From: Chlorokybus atmophyticus | Taxonomy: Eukaryota; Plantae; Mesostigma and Chlorokybus algae | NCBI GenBank assembly: GCA_009103225.1 | Contig: RHPI01001037.1 | Location: 1,608,551-1,672,550, forward strand | Reading direction: 5' to 3' | Length of the DNA: 64,000 nucleotides | Shown here: one piece after another, positions 48,359 to 64,000 of the stretch | How positions within the stretch are numbered: the first letter of the stretch is position 1 | Layout of the letters: the number at the start of each line of letters is the position of its first letter | The notes under the pieces: model-generated | The model's input: the letters and a program-made list of their open reading frames with translations, nothing else | Databases searched by the model: none | What the model was told of the DNA's origin: nothing | Program-made: the position numbers and the translations under genes

Positions 48359-50175
48359 CCAAAGCGTGTAGAATTGCATAACCTTGTTCTCTTTGTCAGT
48401 GCACTGGCATGTGCAGCACTGGTTTTGCTCATTTTAGTGCACGGCGTGCACTGAACGCGTGCATGGTTGCCGTGTAATTATTGAGTACTAATGCATATGC
48501 GTACCCGTATGCAACAATGCACTGCACATGGAGTTGCTAGCAACAGACAGTCCCATGAACGCTGACAGCAAAGCCGTCAGCGGTTAACACAGCATACACC
48601 ATGCAGGCATGCATGGAGCACATGTACCCGAAGGCCACTAGATGACTCAGGTGCTAGCAGGCTTTGTTGAAGCAGTGCACCTTCATTCTATGGAACCCAG
48701 ATTTTCCAACATCAATATGCGCGGCCTGTCTCAACCGGTACAAAACAACATGCGTGGCTACATGAGCATTGTGTACAAGTTGCACAATCGCGAGGTCACA
48801 GCTATGCCATGTTATTGCAACCTTGTGGCGTGCAAGCTGGTTGTGAGCAACAAGCAACGAGCGCACAACCCTGTAATGACAAGAACCACACGATGCAGCA
48901 CTGCATGACCAACGCAGTCATTGCTCACATGCATGCAGAGATGTAGCAGTTTGTACAGTCAAGTGCTAGTGCCAAATTGCGCCAGTGCGCTCGCGCAAGA
49001 GACATGCTGCGCCAATAGCCAAGGCCTTTGTCTCTATCCCAATCCCGGCCCCTTTTTTGCTCCATTTCTCTATCATCAGTGTGATCCCTGCACGGCAGCG
49101 AGCGTGTCATACGCTGACGCTTACGACAATTGTTTGTGCCACGCTAAGACAAGATTGGCTTGAACAAGGCTTGTGCCATGATTTGAAACATAGCCGAGAT
49201 CAGTTTGCAGAAGCACAGCAGGGCGCAGATATACCCCTTTCCTATCTGTCACTGTCACAACTCCCACTCTTATCTCTTGAATTGCAATCATCTTCGCTCA
49301 TGCTCTCGCCCTCCTTCCCTGTCCCGCTCCCGCTCCCGGTCCGGATCTTGGTCCCAACCTGAGTCGTGCGCCTGAGCGTCGCGGTCGTAATCGTCACGCA
49401 CAACTTTGCCGTGGTAGTCGCTGTCGGGGGCGTCTGACGCAGTGAATGTGTGCTTCTGTGTGTTTGTGGCGGCTGTTCGTTATTGCTCCTGCAGCAACAG
49501 CTCCTTCTTATGTTGCATGTTGCACGGTGCTTGAGGTTGCCAACCTCATTGTACAGCTCGCCATCATCCTCCAAAACCAGAAGGACTTGTAGGTCAGCAA
49601 GCACCAACAGCGCGTTCGTCTTGTATATGTTGTCATCGTGTGCTCGTATGCCCGCGTGACACAAACTTCATCTCGCATCTCTTCGCCGTTGTCGAGCATC
49701 CTGCAGCTCCGCCTCTTCATCCAACTCCTTGCAGCCGCCGCCACGCCCTTTGACTGTTGCTCAAGAGGTATGTTGTTGTCCGTGGGCGCCTTCAAACAAC
49801 TGGCATATGTCTGCGCAAGCGAAGAACATGACTAATGTGCTTGAACGTACCGCTGCTCGTTAGCGCCGCCTGGTTGGATGTGTTGCAATAATTGCATCTG
49901 GCTCGCTTCGCTAACTGCATACTGCTGCACCTGCGACGCACGGATTCGAGCAGCGAGCGTCTCAATACTTCAAGTTGATGGGTACTCATGCGACCATTCT
50001 CAGTAGTGCACTGTCTGTGGACACGCCCAACCTCCAGGGCCAGACAGCAGCTTTGTCCCAAGCTCGGGGCCACCACCATCCCCTCTTGTGACAAACACCA
50101 CGAGCACACAACAGCGGCACTGGCACCACAAGTTTCTGTCCCCCCCCTTCCCCCCCCCTTNNNNNNNNNNNNNNN

Positions 50176-50260
<85 letters not shown>

Positions 50261-50406
50261 GTACGCTGGAAGTTCTCATCATTAAACTTTTTGCCGTAGA
50301 TGCTCTGACCTCCAGTACCCTGTTGCGAAGCATGTCAGGACTAGCAGCATTTCCAAATTGCACCGCCTTGCGCAACATTGCACCACATGAATGAGCGTAC
50401 TGGGGC
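50176..50406 (-). repeat. Exact copy of a cyclophilin exon/intron fragment plus (GA)n
   Basis: 50260-50406 is identical to 55021-55167 ([18 protein letters not shown] exon); directly follows an N gap at 50161-50175. Confidence 0.9.
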
Positions 50407-51199
50407 CCCCCCCTTCCCCCGTCCTCACAGCAATTGTATTCACCATGGAACGCCCTGCCAGTCGAGGTCTTCTTTCTGCCAATCAAGGTTCACAACATCA
50501 GCCCCCAACCGTGCTGTTGTTGAACAACTAACATGCCAAGGTCCCGAACTGAACATTTATGTGCGCAAGTTAGAACACTACCACACAAGAGATCACCCTT
50601 CAACTGGTTGAGCTGAGTAAGCATGCTGCTGCTGTTGTGGTGCCATTGCGACAGGCAGTCTGAGCCTCTTTGCGCTGTGCAAGCAAAACCTACAGCAACA
50701 TATACATGTGCACCTGCGTGCGTGGGTGTACATGCGCACACATGCATACGAGCGCATGTGCGCCATGTCACCGACAGCGCCTACCATACACAGCATCACT
50801 CACACAAGACTTTGGCACCGAAAATCCTGATGCCACGCCATGCCACCCCTTGGCACAAAGTGCAAGGCAGTGCAAGTGTTGGTCTGACCCATACAGGGCG
50901 TTGTATCAAGCAACACATAACAGGCGGATTGGTTGGACACAGTCACCGCAGTGGTAGTGCTAGTGCTAGCAACAACACTGCTGTTACCGGCATGGACATT
51001 TTGGCTATTCTCAACTCAGCTGCTTTCCATAGAAGACAGAGTACTGCTACAACCACAAGCAGTAGTTTGACTAGGACCATTGTTTTCAAGTCTACCAACA
51101 CTGATTGCAATGGTAGCCGTGCTATTGCTACTGACTCTCCTCCTACGGCTTTCATGGAATTGTAACCTCCTACTGCCTCACTACCCTGGTCAATCTCTT

Positions 51200-52100
51200 T
51201 TCGGTTGGCAGTGCATCACATCATGCCAAGCAGCTGCATCAACCTGGCACAAACACAATGAGCATACCCACAGCCAGGAGCAGGACGCCCTGTGTCGTGC
51301 AAGAAACTGCACCTGTGCTTGACATGGTCGGCCATGTTGTTGTTGTTGCGGGTGCTCTTTGTGCTGCAAACCATGTCCACGGTTGCCACCGGCAGCTGCA
51401 CTTTGTTGATCCGCAACATTTCTTTGAGCACGTCGGAATCTTTTGTCGAAAGACAGCCCTATTTGAAGTCCTGGTTGGCCGTTAGCTTGAAGCTTGGGTG
51501 ATGGTCGCTCTGTCTGCCTTTGTCTCTCCTCTTTCAGCAAAGTAAGAAATACATCTCGCTCAGCCGTCTGTAGTGTCAACAGGTTGCACATAACGAGAGG
51601 GTCCTGTTTAATCAAGTTTGGGAATGTAAGCCGTCATGTCAAGCAGTCACGCCTTGGTGCAAAGCATACAAGCTTTCCCCGTTGCATCAGCAAATAAAAC
51701 GCACAACTTGCCTGATTGCCAAACCAAAGCTGAACCTCTTCTTCATCAGTGAGGTTGACGATTATGGCATAGAACCTGTACATCGCCTTTGTCTCCCGGT
51801 CTGCTTGCAGTGCAGTAGCCAGGAAGTCATCAGCCTGATATCGGCGTTGATTGGGCCAAGTCTCATCTGGTAAGCGGTCTCTAAACAAGCCGAGTGAGGT
51901 ACTTGATATTGCTGTACAGCTGCCTCGTTTCAATCAGTGCATCGAGCTGAGCCGGGCCATTCAAGAGCCATTTATGGTGGGAATGCCTGATGTACACGCC
52001 ATGTGCCTTGTTCAAGTACTGCCGCTTGTAGCGGCACAGCATGAAGAAGTGGCAATTGCGCCTGAACAGCGGGCTCGCTGCAGTATGCAGAAGGCTTACC
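51200..52100 (-). pseudogene. Decayed coding remnant, possibly Mutator/FAR1-like transposase
   Basis: CHFFMLCR..VYIRHSHH loosely fits a WRKY/GCM1-type DBD; RFYAIIVNLTDEEEVQLWFGNQAS..Y loosely fits the FAR1-type MULE N-terminus. No DDE core recognised. Confidence 0.25.
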
Positions 52101-53879
52101 CTCAGTATATAAAAGACTCCTGGATGTTGTGTGGATGTTTACCTTTCAACTCGATGTCCACCCTTTCCATATAGTCCAGCGCGTGTGCGAGTGCTTGTGC
52201 CTGCCTGTGTGTGTAAAAATGCGCTTAGATTTGTGTACGTACATGTATAATGTTTCACGTTCAGCAAACTCACTTGCGCGGTCCTGTTGTCCTGTGTGCA
52301 GGTATACGCTCCATCATGAACAGGTGACTCCCCTCCGCTCAGACTGTAACCTTTTGCCTCGCACGTTTCTGGGCAACTGAGTTGGAGGCCTTGTTGGCGC
52401 TGCGCGCGGTCTTGACCGTCGTTGCGGTTGTTGCTCCGGCAGCTTTGGTTACACGGCCACAACTGGACTTCGATGGGAGGCTGCCCTGCTCCCAAGGCTA
52501 TACCAATATACGTTACTTTTGAAGAGGGTATGCATATTCGTAAGCAGAGCACAACTGGGAAGTCACCTGTGGAATTGCCTTATTCTCACCCCTTGTTGTG
52601 CTGTGAAACCTTGGCCTCGAAGACTTGGCTTGTCTTATGTTGACGTCTGTGCCAGCACTTATGAACTCGACCTCTTCCGTTGTGTAACCGCATTGCTCCA
52701 TTTGACAAGCAGCTGCAGTTGGAGCCTTCTTTTCATAAGACCATGGCATGTCTTGCTGCAGTGATTGCCACGCATGGCTGCATGCAAGCCAAAAGGACTG
52801 AAGGCACCATAAGAACCTCCAGTTCTTGATCTCTAGGCATGGCACTGGCCGACACTTCCTTCACTTGAGCGTTTTACTTGCAGCTTGCTCTCGTCAGGTT
52901 GCCTACTACAGCTGCAGGCAGAACGCATGGACTGAGCCCTGCTAGCCATGCAACATGTGGCGCACCTGAATGTTGCAAACCCAAGTGCTTGCAAACACAT
53001 TGGCATGCATGGTGCTACAGCTGTCTTGTCACTTCGCATGCACACGCTGGCTTAGCCTAGGTTGAGCGCTTGGTGGCCTGGTGTGGCTGCCAGCTGAGGT
53101 GTCACGTCCTGACACATATATGATTGTCATGGTTGTCTGTTGCATGCTGTGCTGCATGGTGCAAGGTCACACACTCAAACATGGCATTGTGCCTATAAGA
53201 AGCGAAAAAGTAGCTCTCTTGGGAGTCCGACGTCATACATTGGTGCATGCATGCAACGGCGGCGTCAGGCGGCAGACTCTCGTCGGACGGCTGGCAGGCA
53301 CCGCAGCTGCAGCATGTAGAAGGACAGTCAAGTTGCAACAGCTGTGGCACAAGCTTACGCACACAACCTGCTAGGCAAGGCCGCCGTTGCCCAAGTCATA
53401 CGCCGCCGCCAACGCTGCCGCCAGCGTCGCTGCGCTTGAGGCACTGCTGCAGCTACCTGCTGAGAGCGTGTGACAGGTTCCCTGCTATGCCTTGCTGCCA
53501 GCCAACAGCGACTTGTACGCAGACCGTCAGACCTTTGAGACCAGACTCAGGGACTGGACTGTTTTCAACCCTGAGGTGATTGTAAATTAACTTGCAACCA
53601 GTGCACGGTTACAGGTAGGGGTGTTATGGAGCCCTCAAATGCTGGTGTAGCCTGCTTTTGTGCACACAGCAGCAGGCGCAAACACATGGTGAGAATGCAT
53701 AGACCTCTCAACAGAGACACGAGCGCATGACTGAGGCAGAGCTGTATGCGCACGACTCGTTTGCCAAAATAGCAAAGAATGGAAGGAGGTCACTATCTCC
53801 GGGTAACGGCAAGGAGTTTGTGAGAGTGTTATCACTGTGCAAAGGGACTTGCTGAACTCAACGCGTAGACCAACCGCAC

Positions 53880-55965
<2,086 letters not shown>

Positions 55966-56987
55966 CGTGACACCTGCGACCAATTGAATCAGCAAGATAC
56001 AGATTGTTTTGCAGCTGGCACGCATCTGACTGTGCATGGCAGGCATGCATGCACACCATGCAAGTACAACTGTTCAAAGCTGTGACAAGCTAGTCGACAT
56101 GGGCGGTTTAGCTAATGAGAACAGAACTTTTCACAGAAGACTTTGCTTTGGCTCAGTAAAGCTAGCTTTGGTGCGTTTGCGCACAACGGACGCGATTTTC
56201 AGTGGTGTGCTCTGCCCACCAATCCACCATGACGCCAAATTCGAAGACAGTGAGAGCTGTACCAGAAACTAAAGGGCTTTTGGTCTCAATCCCTAACACA
56301 GAGACTTACTGCATACACCAGACGCCACGTCCAAAGCCGTTTTGCGCACCATTTACATGGCCCAGCACATGCAAACAAACCCTAGCGCTACAAAGTCATC
56401 GCCAACGACTGCAGGAACTGCCACCGGTGACAACAACGCATGCATGAGCACAACAAAGAGCTGATTACTAAAATAATCCAGCTTCAAGCAATGGCAGCAT
56501 TTGTGCATTGAGGCGAGATCCGGCCACATACCAGAGCAAAACCCGGCCTGCAGCCTCACTTGGCGCAGCAGACTGCCGTGGCATCAAGCATGCGCAACAC
56601 GGTAGAGATCACAGACCCAACCTCACCTGACAAAGGCTCCGCCGCCGTCGCCGTGACAGAGCTCAAGCACCTCGCCAACAACCCCGCCGCCGAGCAGAAA
56701 CTGATCTTATCTACAGCTCAGCGTCACAAGCTACGCGCATGCAGCATCATTGATGCTGCCAGCATCACGCTGGTTGCATGCGTCATCTTTAACGTGACGC
56801 GTGACGGAACACGTTGCCACAGACAAACTGCTGTACAGGCTGTGCAGGCTGTAGCGGCGGCGGCAGAGGCGGCGGTGGAAGGGCAAGAAGCTACTCTTGA
56901 CTTTTGTATTTGTGTGATGGTAAATTGCGCTAGTACTTGCGGACGTCGGCTGTGAGCACCGTCTGTTTGAGCTGCTGCAGCCTAGGC

Positions 56988-59874
<2,887 letters not shown>

Positions 59875-60214
59875 CCACATCTAGTTTCTGTATAGCATGT
59901 TCAAAATAGCATTGTACATAGGCATGTAAATTGCGCGATGTGGTCGCTTGTTGGGTGGCCACATCTGTACATTCCATTTCAAGTGTGATCAGCGTACAAC
60001 TTGATTGTTGTCTATCAGATGTACGATATATCTTCACAGACGTCATGCAAAATGAAGATTGAGTTTTGCATGTGGTCACTGCTACATGTTGGTCATGTAG
60101 TCGTTCCCTTGTCATGGCTTTGTTGCCATTCAAGTAAACCAAAGGGCGAGCCCTAATACATCTACTTGGTTTTGCGTTTTTTTGTTCTTCATTGGGGGGG
60201 GGGGGGGGGGGGGG

Positions 60215-60603
60215 NNNNNNNNNNNNNNNNNNNNNNNNNNNNNNNNNNNNNNNNNNNNNNNNNNNNNNNNNNNNNNNNNNNNNNNNNNNNNNNNNNNNNN
60301 NNNNNNNNNNNNNNNNNNNNNNNNNNNNNNNNNNNNNNNNNNNNNNNNNNNNNNNNNNNNNNNNNNNNNNNNNNNNNNNNNNNNNNNNNNNNNNNNNNNN
60401 NNNNNNNNNNNNNNNNNNNNNNNNNNNNNNNNNNNNNNNNNNNNNNNNNNNNNNNNNNNNNNNNNNNNNNNNNNNNNNNNNNNNNNNNNNNNNNNNNNNN
60501 NNNNNNNNNNNNNNNNNNNNNNNNNNNNNNNNNNNNNNNNNNNNNNNNNNNNNNNNNNNNNNNNNNNNNNNNNNNNNNNNNNNNNNNNNNNNNNNNNNNN
60601 NNN
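60215..60603. other. Assembly gap flanked by poly-G
   Basis: Run of N. Confidence 1.
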
Positions 60604-62259
60604 GGGTTGATGGGGGGGGGCTTGTATTCCACAGGCGCCGCTATCCAAATAGATTACACTTGAGAAGCAAAAGTTACATATATCTCGTCAACTAGGCATA
60701 AGCATTATGTACAATATCATGTCTACACCGCAAACTACTGTTACAGTGTTGTCACGTTGACCCCTCACTTACCTACTGGTGAGGGTCACAAACGACTGCA
60801 CAAGCAGCTGAACTTGACAACACACCTTGCAACATGCAACAACCCACAAGATGGTTGGATGGGAGAGCACCCTTTGATAGCTTTAACCAGGCACCTCACA
60901 CACATGTAGTCGACCTCCTCTCCAAGCTACGGGCAAACCTCTGGGTCAAGCCAGATTTTCAGTTTGATTGCTTGTAATGCTAGTGTCACTATGTGATGGT
61001 CATGACTTGACAGAAATTGCATGTCATAGCTGTGCATGACTTGGCATGCCGTGTAACCCTAAAGGCATTGGAATTTTCACTTTGTCCTTCCTACTTACCA
61101 CATAAGTAACAAACTGAGAGTGACTTAAGCCAATCCTTTGGACGTGACAAGTGTAACACTTGCAGGCATCGAGTGCAACTCACATGGCAAAATGAGGGCC
61201 AAACCCGAGCTCCTGCATTGAAAGTTGAGGAGGTTGTGAACAGCTGGGGGGCTTTGAGCATCACACTAATACAAAGCAAGTTACATAAAGCGCCGCTGCG
61301 GCACTCTTTCGATTTCAAGGGGCTTGCGAGCCAGCAGTATTCGGGGATATATAAATAATTATTCATATCATCATGCATTGATTGCATGATAATCTTGTAG
61401 TGTCACATTCATTCTTTTGCGTCGTATTGGTGTGCACAAACGGCCTGCTGCCATTGGTTTGCTTAAAGCAATGAGTAATATTACATGCAAGATACGATAT
61501 TAATTGTTGCCGCGTTTATTTATAGGCCATATAGCTAGACACGCAGCATACGATCTATTGTTAAGTTAACAATCCACCACAATCCAGCATACTCCTGACC
61601 TCCAAATATTGGAATGAATGTAATGCATGTTGGTGCTTGGTTGTTGCACGCAGAAATGTGCGTGCAATAAATAATCACTGATGCAGAACAGAATCACATG
61701 CTTTCAAGTATGTATCAGCATGATTGCTTTAGCTACGTTTAGCATGCATTTTAAACTTTAAAAGCATGTTTGTGAGCTTACCGATAAATGTTCACAACTA
61801 ATTGCAATTGCGCATTGACGAACAACATTGTAAAATAACATTAAAATCGCCTTTTTTCACATGTGATTACATGCAAGATAAGCGTCGTCATAAAAGCGAT
61901 GACATCAAGCGATGAACAACATCATTGCTCATTAAGTCATGTTGTACAGTGTATATAATAATAATAATAGCAATATATATATACATATATAAAATCATGT
62001 GAATATTGGAATCGTTCCATACTTTGTAATGTGAGATCGTCCGTGCATAAGACTTTTGCTCATTGTATGAAATTATACGCACGACCACGAGTAGCAACTT
62101 GCGTACGTTTCACATATACACATGAATAGCCGTATTTAACATTAGGGATGTAGATGTACACTTAACGTCATGCTGTGTATCAGGGTTATGTCAATGCGCT
62201 CCGATAAGAGGTAATTGCGTAAATACTTATGACTGCCCTTACAAGTGTCTAATTTACGC

Positions 62260-62760
62260 ACACGCACACCCACACATATATGTATACATATTTATGCATA
62301 TATATATGTGTATATATATATGTGTGTGTGTATATACATATCTGTATGTTTTTATATGTGTATATGTATATGTATGTGCATATATACACATATATATACA
62401 TATACATATACATGTATATGTTTACACCCACCCACATATATATATATATATACATATAGCAGTATATATATATTTATATATATATAAGTATATATATATG
62501 TATATCAATGTATATATATGTACATATGTGTATGTGTATATATATACGCATATATATATGTGTATATTTATTTATACATATATATACATACACATATATA
62601 TATACATATATATGTATACTACCGTATGCATATACGTATATATATCAATGTATAAATATCTTTATCGTGATGTTTATATACCGTAAAATTAATATACACA
62701 TAAATAGTATTTACGAGTATATATACCTTCACATATGAACATAAACTTATATATGTGAAA

Positions 62761-62799
<39 letters not shown>

Positions 62800-62910
62800 T
62801 ACGTGTGTGTATGTGTATATACATAAAGTATATAATTATAGTACATTCATACACATGTATATGTTTATGGTTATAACACATGTACAAATGTGTATATATA
62901 TAAGCATATA
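62260..62910. repeat. Degenerate (TA)/(CA)/(TG) compound microsatellite
   Basis: Alternating purine-pyrimidine AT-rich tract (atatatacatatgtgtatg...). Confidence 0.9.
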
Positions 62911-63295
62911 TGTAATCATGTTTATGCTTTACTCAAACAAAAAGTCATTATTGATGTAGATATACAGACTGATACAGATTGACAATGCTCTATTTACAAC
63001 ATATGCACAATGAAGACTATATCAGTATCTTATATAATACAATTGCGATAGTGTGATGTTGTGGCTAGTAGCAATAGCCACAACATCATAGCCTATTGGG
63101 TCATTACCACGTGCTCAGTTGTGTTCATGTTGACATGCATGTCTTGCTTGCTTTGTGGCCCCTTCATTCCACAACACGATTTGACTACACAGTAAAGTGG
63201 GACACTGTATTGTGTAGTCCATCGGACAAGCAAGGCTTGCATCATGCAAGTTGCATGTCAACATGTGCCATAAAAGTCTTCACAAGACTCATCAA

Positions 63296-64000
63296 TCAGC
63301 TGGCCTTACAACAAGGCAACAAAGCAAGGACGACACGTGCACAGGTGGTCCTGAATGACCATGCACCTATGCAACGCGCAGTGCTCATTGAGCGCACACC
63401 GTCTTCCTGGAAAACGGTGTGTGCAATGGCAGGGAAGTCTCCTCCCTGCCGCAAGGGACCTGCTTCATCACTCGATAAAGTCTCACTGTCACTCCACGCT
63501 GTGGTATCATTCCTACAACCGGCTACTGTTATCATTGCTAGTCGTCGCCCATAGGTCGAAGGCAAGGCGTGAACTGGCTGTCGTCCGGTCGGTCTCGGCC
63601 AAACATGCTGCCGCCGCGGCACACGAGCAGTGCTACTGCTGCACACTGCGAAGTGCAGACTTGGCGTTGCCGGGCCGGCAAGCGACGGCGTGGCCGCGCA
63701 ATAATTGCGGTCTCGACTGCGTGAGAGAACAGCATTGGATGCTAGTAGCAGCCTGCGAGAGCTGCAGCGGCGGCGGCGACGTGGGCGGCGAGGTGGGAGC
63801 GGAGGTGAGCGGGAGCGTCAGTGGGATAGCGTGGTTGGTGGAAGAGAAGAGCGTGTGACAGGGATGGTGGTGCTGTGAGGAAGGTTTGGGACTACGGGTG
63901 CAGAAGCCTGCTGCTGAGCCATGGCCATGGGTGACCACCACGGGCAGGGTGATTCTGCTTCTGCTTCTGCCCCTGGTCCTGTTCCTGCTCCTCTTCCGCC
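63296..64000 (-). other. GC-rich, coding-like 3' portion of an unidentified gene running off the window edge
   Basis: Ser/Pro/Thr-rich open frames and a GC shift relative to the AT-rich flank; no recognisable domain. Confidence 0.25.

Overview
Eukaryotic nuclear DNA with GT-AG introns and the standard genetic code. It is probably a green alga; the PHAF1 and serine racemase proteins read like land-plant orthologues, so a streptophyte alga is plausible (inference). Host genes: serine racemase (-), a large coiled-coil protein (+), a bicupin (-), a metallophosphoesterase (-) with a decayed inverted copy (+), a Crinkler-like REase+kinase gene with one in-frame stop (+), a plastid-type cyclophilin (-) and PHAF1/UPF0183 (+). 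About 15.9-33.7 kb is a nest of decayed minus-strand LTR retroelements. The main finding is a Ty3/Gypsy pol ordered protease - C5 cytosine DNA methyltransferase - RT - RNase H - integrase - PHD finger, i.e. a retrotransposon carrying both a methylation writer and a chromatin reader. A Copia with TSDs sits in this nest and contains a 534-bp TRIM and a 122-bp solo LTR. These two unrelated short LTRs both end in a tRNA-like A box/D arm, and in the TRIM a B box follows the PBS at tRNA spacing, suggesting Pol III-driven miniature LTR elements. Several N gaps and long microsatellites limit interpretation. All motif calls and alignments were made by eye, and gene starts/ends are approximate where stated.
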